A stretch of DNA of 61,578 bases, filler included, from Kipferlia bialata (lineage: Eukaryota): the NCBI GenBank assembly GCA_003568945.1. It is 2 parts of 2 records of this genome, joined end to end, with 100 filler letters (N's around TTAATTAATTAA, not from the genome) between each part and the next. Parts side by side here need not be neighbours in the genome. Positions count along the whole stretch, not along the records: positions 1 to 30,759 come from BDIP01000119.1; 1 more part is not named here. One strand, written 5' to 3'. Below the pieces are notes generated by a model that saw nothing but the letters and a program-made list of their open reading frames with translations, searched no databases and was not told the origin of the DNA. Both the position numbers and the translations under genes were made by a program. Position 1 is the stretch's first letter, and the number at the start of each line of letters is the position of its first letter. Of the stretch, positions 12,072 to 27,200 are shown piece after piece.

Positions 12072-14533
12072 TGAGGGGTGAGACATATGTAAGTGTATAT
12101 ACATATCCAAAGGAGTTATATACAAGTATCATACAATATATATACACACACTGATACTGATACTGTCCTGTAGCCGCCACTCATCCTGAAGGGTTAGACA
12201 TATGTATATGTATATATCCAAAGGGGTTATATACAAGTATCATACTATATATATACAGATACAGAGACTGATACTGTCCTGTAGCCACCACTCATTCTGA
12301 GGGGTGAGACATATGTATATGTTTATATACAATCATACAGAAATATAAACACAATGTGTACATGTATGTGTATGAGTACGTACATTTAACCACCACTCAC
12401 TCTTGGGGGTTGGACACCGACAGCCTGTACAAACAGGAAATCTAAATGTATAGTGCAGAGTAATATCTATAGGTATAGTATACAAGTACCACCCACTTTG
12501 TTGTCTAGCTGGGGGTCAGGATAGAGTATATGCATATCTACAGAGCATATATCCACACACATCCACACATATATATACATATCTATACACATACTCACTT
12601 TGTGGTCTGGCTGGGTGTGAGGATGAGTCTCAGCTTCTCAGACAGTGCAGCAGCAACGGGCAGGGCAGCCCTCTGCAGGGAGTACAGGAGGTCGCTGTTC
12701 TGGGGGATCAGCATGGGGAGAGAGAGAGAGAGAGAGACAGAGGGCATAGTACCTCCAACTAGTCCATACACACACATATATATATACCCATATACTGTAT
12801 ATACATATACAATGACTGTACCTGGGCAGTAGATGCTGCCTTGGGGGGATTGGCCAGCAGCGCCTTGGCCCTCTCTCTGTATAGCTCCACAGACACCGTA
12901 TCATCAGTATCAAGGGCAGAGATGTCATTGGTCACACCATACCTGGGGGTGAGGGTGTGAATACATATACCATGGTTGGTCTAGATATACGTTGATACTT
13001 GCAATCATACACTGGTACACTCACCCATCATACTGCTCCCTCTCCTCTCCCTCTCCCTCAGCGCCCTCCTCTCCCTCTCCCTCTCCCTCTCCATCTCCCT
13101 CGGCATCGGGCTCCACCTCCGGCTCATCCTGCTGGGGGTCAGTGTATGTATATGTGTATATATACATAGAGAGAGAGAGAGAGAGATGTATGCATGTCAA
13201 TACCGTACCTCATTGAGGGGCATGTTGTGCATGTCTGTCTCCATGTCATCCTGGTCTAGCAGGGCCTGCTTGACACCCTCTGGGGAGTGCTCAAACTCAC
13301 CGTCCCCATCCTCCTGGGGTTACATTGGTATCAGTATCAGTATCAGTATCAATGATACACACATATATACACTTATGCCTCCCCATCCTCCTGGGGTGAG
13401 GTAGATGCGTATACTATGAATACACACACACATATATATAGAGTGTACCTGCCCTTGCTCCACCATGTCGACATCCCTCTCCACTATATACATATATTCA
13501 CACATATATGTATATATATACATGTATACACACTCATATGCCCATACATACTCATACACACCTGCCCCTGCTCCACCATGTCGACATCCCTCTCCACCTC
13601 CTCGTCCATAGGTGCAGACTCGGCATCGGCGGCCTCGGGCTGGTCGGGCTCTGGTATCAGAATCATAGAGATGAGACACAGCATCTATCTATATATATAT
13701 ATGTATATTCATATATGACAATAATCAATGATATCCTATGTATATATGTATATACATCCCCATCCATACCTTCGACCTTGTCGTCTGTCTCGCCCTGTCC
13801 CTCCTGGGGGGCCTCCTTGGCCCAGCCCTAGGGGGTGAGGGGGTGGGGGTGGATATGTATTTATACATGTACATATATACATACACCATACTATACGGAT
13901 GCACACGTACCTCCTCCTCCTCCTCCTGCTGCTGGATATCGTCCTGGTAGTCGGCAACGGCCTTCTCCTGCTCATCTGGCGGGTCAGATATATACATACA
14001 TACATACACACACATATATATATATAGTATAGATTGAGGCACTGAAGGACAGGTCCTTCTCCTGCTCATCTGGGGGGTCAGGACACATATATACATATAT
14101 ATACGGATAATAAGACCTTGGGGTGCACCTTCTCCTGGGGGTTCAGGGCGGGGATACATATATACATATATATACGGATAATAAGTAATAACGAGTCAGG
14201 GTGAGGGTCAGTAGAAGTATATGTAGCAAAACAGTCAGTGTCCACCCATATACACATACACCCAGACGCACCCTCCTCATCCTCCTGGATCTGGTCGGGG
14301 TCCTCCTCTCTCTCCTCCTCCTCGGCCTTGTCCTCCTCCTCCTAGAGTAAAAGGAATAAGGGTGTAGAGAGAGAGAGAGAGAGACAGGGTGTGTCTTATA
14401 CCGAGTGTATAAATATATACTATACATATGTACACACTATCCTGATACCTGCTCTGGGTGTGTCTTGGCCATCTCGACGTCAGCTATCTCCTCCTCTTCG
14501 GCAGAGGCCTGGGGGGAGATAGTGCATATACAC

Positions 14534-14570
<37 letters not shown>

Positions 14571-17500
14571 CTGAAGTGACCATACTCCCAGGATTCAACC
14601 CAAGGATAGAACATAGAACAGCAGTTCCTGTTAGCATATGCGTATACCCACACCTCGTCATGCTCGTCCTACTACCTCCTCTCCCTCTATATATACGGTT
14701 ATCTACCTGTCGATATATAGGTGTGTATATACCTATACCTATATACAAATCCCTTACCTCGTCGTCCTCGGGCTCGTCCTCACCCTGGTCCTCTCCCTCT
14801 CTCTCCTCCTCCTCCTCGCCCTCCTCAGGCACATCCTAAGGGTCAGAGTGGATACATATATTCACATATATTCACAAATACACATGGAGTGACCATATCC
14901 ACTTGAGAACGTGGTCAGGAAGAGGATATATAGGTAGGGAGTATACCCAGTGACCATTCCTACACCACATGATATATCACAATACCTCCCTCACCTCGTC
15001 TCTCTCGATCTCCATGTCATCCTCTGGGCCGACAGATGGCTCCTCGCCCTCCAGCTCCTCATCCTCCTGGGGGGTCAGAGGTATATAAGTATATATATAT
15101 ATATGTGTGTGGGAATATGTATATACACACATATATATATGCATAGTTCCTCATCCTCCTGGGGGGTCAGAGGGTATGGGTATAGATATGTATATATATG
15201 TATGTATACCCCCTCTGACGTCCATAGACTCAGGAGAGGATATATACATACGCAAACACACAAGCAAACAGCAAGGAACTAATACACAATGATAGTGAGA
15301 AATACACACTATCATATTATTTATTATACATACACCCCGCCTGCCTTCTGGTCCATGAGGTCTGGCAGTCCAGGTGACAGAGGATACAATACATATAGGT
15401 ATATGTATTATATCATATATACATATGTACTATATATATATATTCTCATACCTTCTCGTCCATGAGCTCTGGCAGTCCAGGTGGCAGAGGATACAATACA
15501 CATATATATATACTATATCACTATATATACATATATGTATATATACCTTCTCGTCCATGAGCTCTGGCAGTGCCTCGGGCTGCTTCTCCAGCAGGTCATC
15601 ATCCACATCGTCCATGTCGACATCCTCCTCCTCGCCAGCCTGGGGTGGGGGATGGGGATACACACACAAGTACATACATTATATGAGACATACACGGTCA
15701 GCCTGGGGTGGGGGATGGGGACACAGATACACAAGTTCATACATTATATAAGACAATACACGGTCAGCATGGGGTGGGGACACATATATATACATAATAT
15801 AACAGAATATACTGTCCATAATGACATTGTTATACGTAGATAATATTGTTATATTATAGATGTAATATACTATATATCATTACTATGTAGATTATATTGA
15901 TATATGCATAATTAACAATAATTAACAGATGCGTATATGGTTATCCGACGTACATTGTCCTCGTCCTGCTCAAGGTCCTCGTCGTCCTCGTCGAGGAGCT
16001 TGTCCTGAGGTGAGGGTTGAGGTCCAGGATCGTATGAACAAGGTATTAGGAATGTGGATACTAATCCAATAGTGAAGCATACAAACACATGCAAGTCCAT
16101 ATATCCACCCACCTGAGCCTCTGGGGCCTGGGCCTCCTCCTCCTCGGCATCGTCCTGGTCATCCTGGGGGGTCTCCTCCTCCTCCTCCTACAGTTAAGAG
16201 AATAAGGGTGTAGAGAGGGAGAGAGAGAGAATATACAGAGAGACTTGTCATCCTGGGGGGTCTCCTCCTCCTCCTCCTAGGGTCAGTGGGAGGGAGAGGG
16301 AGAGAGAGAGAGAGAGAGAGAGCGAAGAGAGGAGAGCAAATCCATTCCAACTACTCCTAACAAGGTCCAGAAACCCTCCGCCATACCTCATCGTCCTTGT
16401 TGACCAGGTCCTCCAGGCCGTTGTCGCCCTCTCTCTCCTCATCCGAGTACTCGGGGGCATCGTCCTCACCGTCCCACAGGTCCTGGGGGTCAGGGAGGGG
16501 GGGAGGGTGGGGGGGAGAGAGAGAGAGAGAGAGAAGTATGCCCAATATACACCCAGAGGTCCCGGGGGTCAGAGACAGTACCAGTATATACACATGTACA
16601 TGTATCAGGGGGATATCCATGTTCAGTTATACATAAATACTCCTATACACCCACCCACCTCGTCGATGCCCTCACCCTGGTCCTCTCCGACCTCTCTGTC
16701 GACGTCTGGGGTGGGAGGTGGAGGAGAGAGGGAGAGAGAGATGGACTGGATACATATATACCCCTTCACTTGTATACGCCCTACCTTCCTCCTCCTTGTC
16801 GTCGTCCTGGTCGTCGTTCTCGTCATCCTCCTCCTCCTCCTCCTCCTCACCCATGTCCTGATGGTGAGGGAGAGTACAGTATATACACAGTATAGGCAAG
16901 GGATACAGTGTATTAGTGTATATAATAGTCTCCTCACCCATGTCCTGGGGGGTGAGGGACAGTACGCAATGAATACAGTGCACTAGTGTATATATGTCCT
17001 CTATTGATACCTGGTTGTCCCCCTCCATGCCGTCCAGTTCTATGACAACACACACACACACATATATACATACATGAGAATGTATATAACTTGATGCAAA
17101 CAATAGAGTGTCTGTGATAACACTCAGATACCTGGTTGTCCCCCTCCATGCCGTCCAGTTCGATACCCTCGTCCTCCTCATCCTGGGGGTCAGAGCAGTA
17201 GCCAATGTATACATACTATGACTATATATATACAAATTCATATTTATATATACTGGTAGTCAGACAGAGTTATGTACACAGGCAGAGTGTAAATTGAGAC
17301 ACACTATGCATATCAATGCATTCACACACCTGGTTATTGTTCTCCATGGACTCCTCGTTACATGCTATATAAACACATACAGATATATACATACATATCC
17401 ACCCATCCCCACCTGGTTATCGTTCTCCATGGACTCCTCGTTGTCGAGGGGGTTGAGGTCATCCTCGCACATGTCCTCGGGGTCACCTGGCGTCAACATA

Positions 17501-20348
17501 CATGGGGCGTACACTGATATGTATACTATATAGTATATTATATATACAAGTAGTGAGAGGTACAACATAAAGTAATGTCCTCGGGGTCACCAGGGGTCAG
17601 CAGGGGTATAAGGATGATACATATACATACTACTACATCCATATCCATATACATCCACCCACCTTGCCCAGCCTCCCCAGTCCCATATATATATATAGCA
17701 CCATGTATATATATACATCCATACACATATCCATACCCTGCTCAGCCTCCTCCGTGTTTCCTGCCCCGAGCCCCACTCCGCCCTTGAGCTCCTCCTCGGC
17801 GTCTCCCTCCTCCTCCTCCTGCTCAGGGGCCTTGGAAGAGGCCTGGGTTAGGGTCAGAGTGACCCACCTATACATATTCACCTCGAGTCCGATCATGACC
17901 TGTCTATCCATACATAACAGCAATTGAATCTGTATCTCTATGCACCTTGAGTCCCGATATCATGAGTGCCCTAGCGGCCCTTGACAGAGTGATGGACAGA
18001 CTGACAAAGTAGCCAGAGAGAGAGAGAGACACGGCAGAGAGCTGCTGCAGGGAGTGCAGAACAACCTCGACCAGAGGCATGGCAGCCAGTACAACCTGAC
18101 TGTCAGTAACAGTATCAGTGACAGTATCAGCATCAGTATCTACCTGTCTATCCCTGGCAGTGCACATTGCATCACACACGGCCTGTAGAGAGTGGGCCAG
18201 AGAGGCATGGGGGGAGGGGGTAGGGGTGGAGGCAGACCCCAGGGCCTGGACCAGCCCAGTCTGGCACTCCACAGGGGACAGAGACACAACCTGGGGGTCA
18301 GGGCCAGGGTCATGTATGAATAGCCAGACTCATCAGTATCTATACCGGTGTCATATACACATACACTGAGACTGCCAGTATCCGTGTCATCCCACCTGTG
18401 CGTCTAGGCTGTCCAGGGCACTCTCCACCCCTCCGTCCCCCACTATAGTGTCCATGGCTGTGTCTGTTGCAGTGGGTGTGTCTGTCCCATGGGCCCTGGT
18501 ACCCTTCTCCTTGTCCACACACAGTCTGAGGAAGGCATGGTGGCGCTGCACCTGGGGTTAGTGCCTCAATACATAATACGGACGAGCAACAGAAGTCTGC
18601 AACACATAGGACATGGATATACACTTGTATATATATGTATATTAATACATATACCGATACCTGCAGCATACAGGCATGTACCACTGAGTCACACAGACCC
18701 TGTACATCAGGGGTGGCAGTGTCTGTGTCTGTCTCATCCTTGGGTCTGGATGCCTCATCCCTCAGGGCAAACAGACGGTCCTGGGGGTGAGACCATAAGG
18801 TGGGGGATGTGCCCATACACATACACTGATAACAACATATGCATATTCATCATGTAATGTGCAGAGTTCTAACGGCAAACAGACGGTCCTGGGGCGAGGG
18901 ATGAACTCACACACATACACTACTGCAATCACAATACCTGCACATACGAATGACAATATATAGATATACAGTATATATATATATACATACCTGCATAGAT
19001 GCGAGTGCATCCACCGTCTGTGCCACCAGTGTAGAGGGTAAAGATGCCTTGAGGATGGCCACGGCAGTGTTGAGGACAGCATCACAGTCAGACAGACAGT
19101 CAGACAGCTGGACGTGTCTAAAGGGTCAGAGGGAGGGGAGATGCTATACATAGTATGGCATATATAGTATAGTATAGGTGGACGTGTCTACGGAGTGAGA
19201 GGGAGGTAGGTTGACTGAGGATGGCATGTACACTCAATGGCCTCGGCATAGTGTCAGTCTACACACACGCACATATCCACATACCCCACCCACCTTGTAG
19301 ATGACAGCAGTGTGCCCTTGGCTGCGTCTGTCTCTTGGACTGCACTCAGAGAGGCAGACACACGCACACGCAGATCAGAGAACCTGGGGTGGGTTACAGG
19401 CCATACAGTGGAGAGATGCGCTATGGTCATCATATATCCTATCACGACTCATGCCCGCCCCCTGAGTATGTACCTGAGAATGTACTCCTCGTGCTTGGTC
19501 TCCAGCCACCCGACACTCCTCGTGGTGGCCAGCAGTCTCTGTCCTGTGTACAGGGCAGCATCCATGTCATGCAGCAGAGTGACAAAGGTGGGTATGGGGA
19601 GGGACACGCCAAGAGACACGGCAGGGGCAGTGACCTAAGGGTCAGAACATAGAGCAGTGTAGAGAGTGTTGTATCACACTCTAAAGTCACAGGGTAGGCT
19701 TCCAGGGATACACGAAGGAGAATGCGAGCACTGAGTGCCATCGACACACACACATGTATATGTATACAGTACAATCCTTCAGTTACCTCTGTGGGGTATG
19801 AGCTCTCCCTGAGTCTGTCAACACAGTGCGAGATGGTAGCCAGGGACTGAAGGATTAGTGATAGACTCGGGATAGGGACATATGCACTATTGGAATATGG
19901 ATATATATACTAAAGGCAGAAAGGGACTGGCAGGGCTAGAAGGATGTGCATAACACACTACCTGCTTGACCGATGCGTGTGTGCCGTATGTGTCGACTGC
20001 AGCCAGGAAGGCATTGGCAGGCATGTTGAGCAGGGCCCTGGGGTGAGGAGGTAGTAGATATGCATATGTATATGCATTAGTATCTAGATGTATATGCATC
20101 TAGGGCTGAGTCGATAGAGGACGATTGCCTACTTTAGTATGGATGTATGTACATAACAAACGATATACCTGTTGAAGTGGTCGAGCCCCTTGAGGTCCTC
20201 GTGTGGCACAATGTCGGAGAGGGGGGAGTACTCCCTGATGCACTGGCCGATGGACAGGGGGAGAGACTGGGTTACAAGGAGAGGGGAGAGATGTGTTGGT
20301 GTTGGGGCACTGGCCAATTGGAATGGGATATTCAAATACTAAATATGA

Positions 20349-20381
<33 letters not shown>

Positions 20382-20785
20382 CATACCTGCATCTGCCCCT
20401 TGACACTCATGGCAGCACAGTGCTTAGGATATGACTATATATACTGACATACTAATACATACACATACACACATATATATACATACCTGCATCTGCCCCT
20501 TGACACCCATGGCAGCACAGTGCTTAGGATATGACTATACATACTGACATACTAATATATACATATACACAAACATACATACATGTATACATACCTGCAT
20601 CTGCCCCTTGACACCCATGGCGGCACAGTGCGGCACCGAACAGAGCACGGGTCACATATGCATTGGGCCCCACAATGTTGTTCCTCTGCAGCAGGGTGGT
20701 GGTACCGTCCTGCCCAACCACCTCGATCAGAGGCTGGGCCTCGGTAATGCCATAGTCCTTGACCTGACAATAAGGGTGTAGGGGG

Positions 20786-20817
<32 letters not shown>

Positions 20818-22424
20818 GTGATGCCATAGTCCTTGACATGACAATAAGGGTGTAGGGGGGAAGAGAGAGAGAGAGAGAGAGAAAGAGCACTGGGCAATAA
20901 GTAGTATTGGTTAGTCATATATATATATATATACATCAATATATATCCACCGTACCTTTGCCAGGATCGATGAGAGTGTCCTGTGCACCTCGTTGGCCCT
21001 TGGTCTAGGCATGTGGGTGTGGACAGTCCTGAGGGCATCAACCAGAGAGGAGAGGGACTGGGGGTAAGGGAGACTACTAAAGGAGAGAGAGAGAGAGAGA
21101 GATGTCTTAAGGGCATCAACCAGTGAGGAGAGGGACTGGGGGGTGAGGGAGACAACAAAGACATCCACAATGTATATATGTACATGTACCCACCTTGGAT
21201 GGTGTCTGTACCATCAGGGAGTGCATGAAGGTGGGGGGCAGGGAGTGCTTGGAGCGCCTGGGTGAGACAGAGAGTTAGGAAGGAGAAGTATAAATGGCTG
21301 TGCCCACATACATAGATTACTATGTCAACCATCTCCCCCGACCTGCGTGTCTCCCTGGCCAGTGCCCACATATAGATTACTATCTCTACTATCTCTACCA
21401 TCTCCACTATACATGTATATCTACCATCTCCACCTGCGTGTCTCCCTGGCCAGTGCCTCCATATTGATTACTATCTCTACTATCTCTACTATCTCCACTA
21501 TACATGTATATCTACTATCCCCACCTGCGTGTCTCCCTGGCCAGTGCCTCCATATAGATTACTATCTCTACTATCTCTATCTCCACTATACATGCATATC
21601 TACTATCTCCACCTGCGTGTCTCCCTGGCCAGTGCCTCCATGTCCCGCTGGACAAGGGTCACAGCCCTGCCAGTCACACCTGCACAGTCAGATATATATG
21701 TATATATATATATGTGTATATATATGCATATATATAGAGAGAGAGAGTCACACCTGCACAGTCAGAGAGAGAGAAAGAGAGTCAGAGACACACCTGCAAT
21801 GCCCATCCCCTGTATGGGAGATGTGTATCCAGAGGCATCGGCAAGGGCAGGCAGAGAGCCAGAGAGAGAGGCCGGGAGAGAGGTGGCGAGTGCCCTTCCG
21901 GCAGGCCTCTCCTTGACATCCTTGAGCGACAGGTGCTTGAGGTCCTCATCCTTGGTCGAGAGGGTCCTGGGGGGTGAGACATACAGAGAGGAAAGTATAT
22001 ATAAATATTTATATATATACACTGGAACTGATAGTTGGTCGACAGGGTCCTGGGGGGTGAGGCAAAAGAATACAACAAGCACCTGACTGAGAGGAGCCTG
22101 GGTATGCAAATTTTTCACAGTGACATATATATATACACACGTGTGCAGTACCTGTCTATGACCTGCAGGGCAGGGGAGTCCAGACACTCACTGAGGCCCC
22201 TGATGATCTTGGTCATCTGTCTGGGAGGTAAGATCACACGTATCTACCTGATATACTCTGAACAAGAATACAAATGATAGAATGTGTATATACTAAATAT
22301 ACTCCCCATTGTACCTGTGAGACCTCATGCTGGCATGGTGGTACGAGTCGAAGGACCGGTCATCCCACTTGGACAGCTTGACCTGGCATAAGGCTCCAGA
22401 GAAAGAGAGAGAGAAAAGAAGAGA

Positions 22425-22467
<43 letters not shown>

Positions 22468-22816
22468 TGCCGTACCTGGTCATCGAGTCTCTTGAGGTAC
22501 TCTCTCTTGCCACTCTTGACGGCATACTCAATCTCTGGGATGGAGCACCTGGGGGGTAAGATACACACACTTACATACACTGAACTATGAACATACATGC
22601 ATCTGGCAGGTTTAGTATATATTCATACTGTATACCTGTAGACCTCTGAGTACATGAGTAAACATACTATATATTTAAATATTTATACTCTACCCCACCT
22701 GTAGACCTCCGAGTACATGAGCAGTCCACTGATGGCGTCATCTAGGGTGGAGACAGTGGCTGTGGAGTAGAGGTGCCTCTGGACATGGAGGGACCTGGGG
22801 GGAGAGGGGAATATAC

Positions 22817-22852
<36 letters not shown>

Positions 22853-24230
22853 TATATATATCAACTCTGCACATGGAGGGACCTGGGGTGAGAGGTGTAT
22901 ATATACATATATACACATACATATATATATATATATACTATATATATCCATATCAACTCTGCACATGGAGGGACCTGGGGTGAGAGGTGTATTTACATAT
23001 ATACACACATACACATATATATATATACTACGTATATCCATATCAACTCTGCACATGGAGGGACCTGGGGTGAGAGGGGAATATACATACATATACACAT
23101 ATATATATATACTATTTTTATCCATATCAACTCTGGACATAGAGGGACCTATGAAGGCAGTACACCCCCCCCCTACCTCGCGATGGACCTCAGTGTGTAT
23201 GAGTATCAGTATCGATATTCATATACGTATGAGTGTAATACACTACCCCCTTACCTAGCGATTGACCTCAGTATGTTGCATGCTGCTGGGTAGGACGATA
23301 TGGACGTGTGTGCCATGAAGTTTGATATGACTACAGACAGGGCTGAGAGGAGGTCGAGTCTCTCCTCCTCGGGGTCTCTGTCCTCCTCGGCCTCTCTCTC
23401 TGCCTGGGTGGGTGTGTACCCAGGCACCTTGGCACCGTGGGAGTGGATCAGGCCGATGATCTATGGGGTTAGTAATATAGAGATAATATATATACATGGG
23501 GGTGGATAAGGCCAATGATCTGGGGGTTGAGGGGGAGGGTATAGTGTGTGTGGTCCATATGCATTGGTACCTCTATCCAGAGCTGGGGCCACTTGACTGC
23601 CACCTCCATCAGCTTGTTGTCGTGCAGCTTGGCTAGGATGGTCCTACTATTAGATTTACGGGCACTGATACATTTTCAAACATAACACACATATACTGCA
23701 AAGTGCCAATACCAGATATTGTTGGTCTCCATCATATGATTAGTTACTATACACACACACAAATTCCTACATATATACACATGCAGCACCTGATGTTGTT
23801 TGCCTCCATCCTCCTCCACCTGACACACAGACCCATCAATGGCTTGGAGTCTATCTTGTGCACCTTGGGGGCAACCTGGGGTTAGGAATATGTACCTATA
23901 CTACACTACCATATGCATACCCTGTTCCCCGTTGGTATCTCCCTGATGATCTAGCAATAATATATCAAATACACGTATATCACACACTACTATACATATA
24001 CAATATCATATACTACATATAGGCACATACCCTGTTCCACGTGGGTGTCTCCCTGATGATCTCTTCACATCTGGACAGCACTCTGACCACAGCCACAGAG
24101 GCAGGTAAGGACAGGACACCGTTGACCAGCTCAACAAGCCGCATCAGGATCTCATTCTCCTCAAAGGCCACGAGGAGAGAGAGGACCCTGGCCTGCGAGT
24201 CAGGGAGGAAGTGAGTATATATAGACCATA

Positions 24231-24269
<39 letters not shown>

Positions 24270-27200
24270 GTATGCCTCGAGGATGGGCACGGCCAGCAGC
24301 ATCTCATAGCTGGACCCCTTCTTCAGAATGTCCGTCTTGCTCTCTCTCTCTCTGGCATCGTCTCCATCGGAGTTGGGGACCCTGGTGTCAATAAGGGGTA
24401 GTTAGTAATATAGCTTCACAGTATTGTAATGTCGAAACGTTCAATGAAACTATGTATATACGTGTACGTAGAGCGGTGGCCACCAGCACTCCGAGCAGAA
24501 TTCCATGTTGCACACACATGTTACTGTACGACACAATAAACATGCATATATATCCACTCACCTTGGGTTATCCAAGTGGGGTACTACCCCTGTGGACTGT
24601 ATATATATAAATGTATAGATGTATAATAATTAATTATGTATAATAGATGCATAACAATTATATACTCCACACAATAGTACCTAGGGTTATCCAAGTGGGG
24701 TGCCACCCCCGTGGACTGTAGCACAGCAGAGGACAGACACAGCAGGGAGGGGTAGTACAGGGAGTGGGTGTGGCAGGGGGTGGTGACAGAGTCAAAGGTC
24801 GAGTCCTGGGGTCAGTGTGCATGTAGGAGCCACTGAGATATGGAAGCAATAGGCCTAGGGTCTACTATGACACAGAAGTAGAAGTGTATGTCTATATGAT
24901 GTACCTTGCTGGTCAGCCTCCTCATCTGCGATACAAGGAGGTCCCCAGTGTCGTTGTACTGGCCCTCCCTCTGCCCATCGGCAGGCTCTCCCTCTCCCTC
25001 TCCCGCCTGGGGGAGAGAGAGAGAGATGAAGTGCCTCATGAAGAAGACAAGGTCGGAGGGAGAGAGGTCCTAGGGTGAGGTACATGGTGGGGGTTGACAT
25101 CTACACCTCTATACAAATCCTAGGAATGTAGATACATGCTGTACCTTGCTCTTCCCCCTGGCCTCTATCTCCATGGCAACAGTGTCATCCCTCTCACGAC
25201 CGGGGAACAGCTGGTTGGTCTGGGGGTAAGGGGTGAGGGGATGGCTATACATTGGTAGAAACCAAGTGTTACACGAAAGGTTATAAGTATGTGAATGTGT
25301 GAATGACACTACTTGCATACACATGAATAATACATCCCCCCACCTGTCTGAGCAGGTCTGCGTCTGGGATATATAGATACATGGATACATATATATCTAT
25401 ACATATATGTGTATAACGTATGTCCCCACCTGTCTGAGCAGGTCTGCGTCTGGGTCCTCGTCCTGACCAGGCCGGGTGGTGCTGTGCTTGCGGTGTCTAG
25501 GGGTGAGGGCATGGATATACCGAAGAGGCTGTTTAGATAAGATATATGTCTTTCTTCTTTACATCGATGTAGTGTTTGGGTGAGGGCATAGGGGTAAGGG
25601 CATAGGGGTGAGGGCATAGATATACACGAGGAGGCAATGTATATACTGATACTAGTCAGATACTATGAGACCAGTGATAGGAGGTGCGTACCTGTAAAGA
25701 GACATCTCCTCCCTCAGCCTCTGCCTCATGGCCTTATGCTACACACCCACTCAAAGCAGGTTGTAGAGGGGCCTGACTGGGCCTGTGCTGCCTGAGGCAC
25801 TCTCGCTGTAGTGCACACCCATCACCCTGGGGGGTCAGGGTATGTATACATGGATAGACGGATATATGTGTGTATAGATATATATATATCGGGAGGGGAA
25901 CATGCAGATATATCCATAGATTACGCCTAAAGCAGATTGGCCGCAAAAGGCAGGTATATACCTCTTGTTGACTGTTGCGATGTTTGCTGCGTGTATCTGC
26001 CTCCTGTTGTTGAGCATGAGGAGGGCAAGGCCTAGGCCTGGGGTGAGGGGGGGACGGAGGGGGAGAGAGAGAGAGAGAGATCAAGGGGGGTGAGTATGAG
26101 CAAATGTGGTTCAGGTATAGAGAGTCACTGTACATGGTTATATGAGGGATACTGTGAAAACATATATGCATATATATGTGTGTGTGTGTGTAATCCAACG
26201 TACCTGTCTGCAGTGTACGCAGTGCCACACAGAGTGGCAGCACCACGTCTGGATAGTGGTCCAGCATGGATGGCTGCTGGATGTCCTTGATGAACCTATG
26301 GTCAGAGAGAGAGAGAGAGAGAGAGAGTCTTGATATACCCAGGGTGAGAGAGGGAAGGGGAGAGGGAGAGAGAATCATGTATCATTGAGTCAATATAACA
26401 TGACACTCCACTACATACCTATCGATTCCGATGTAGTTTGACAGGATGAGCTCCACACACGATGTGAGTGCCCTCTCCCTCTCCTCCTGGGTCTCTCCCT
26501 CCTTGGTGCCTACCCTGCACAAGTTAGTATGGGTATCAGCAGATGAATAAATATCAGAATATCATTTGTATCAGTATCTCCTCCTGGGTCTCACCAGCCT
26601 TGGTGCCCACCCTGCAATTATTAGAAAGAGTATTGGTTATATGATAAGTATGATAGTTAGTGTCAGTCCTTGGTGCCAACCCTGCATGGTTAGTATGGGT
26701 ACCAGTATCACTAACAGTACCAAGGAAGTATCACCAACACTATCTGATACCTGTATATGGTGGTGAACAGAGATGCCAGGCCCTCCTCACTGGAACACAG
26801 ACCCAGACGGGCAAAGCCTGTGCTGATCCTAGAGGGTGAGGGGTGAGGGGGTAGAGAGAGAGAGAGAGAGACTCTAGATTAGGAGAGACATAAGAGGAGG
26901 CATACCTGACGTAGAGCTCATCTCCGTCTGGCCTCACCAGCTTGTGCTCATCCTCAGTCTGCACCGGCCTGCTCTCTCTCTCCCCCTTCTCCTCTCTGTC
27001 TATGTTGCACAGGGCAGTGTTGAGACAGGACAGGGCGGGGGACACACTGGATATGTAGCCAGACACACCCTCAGAGGCAGAGGCAGATGGGGTGATGGAG
27101 GAGACGGGGGGGACCAGGATACCAGTCTTGCGCATCACCTGGGGGGTCAGTGGATGATAGCCTGCCAAAACACATTTTCACAACAAAGATTCACTGTCTT

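Noticed and set aside
21341..23150. Repeat-spacer arrays superficially like CRISPR
   Set aside because: The repeats are midasin exon ends with splice sites, the spacers are related low-complexity intron sequence, the context is eukaryotic and no cas genes are present.
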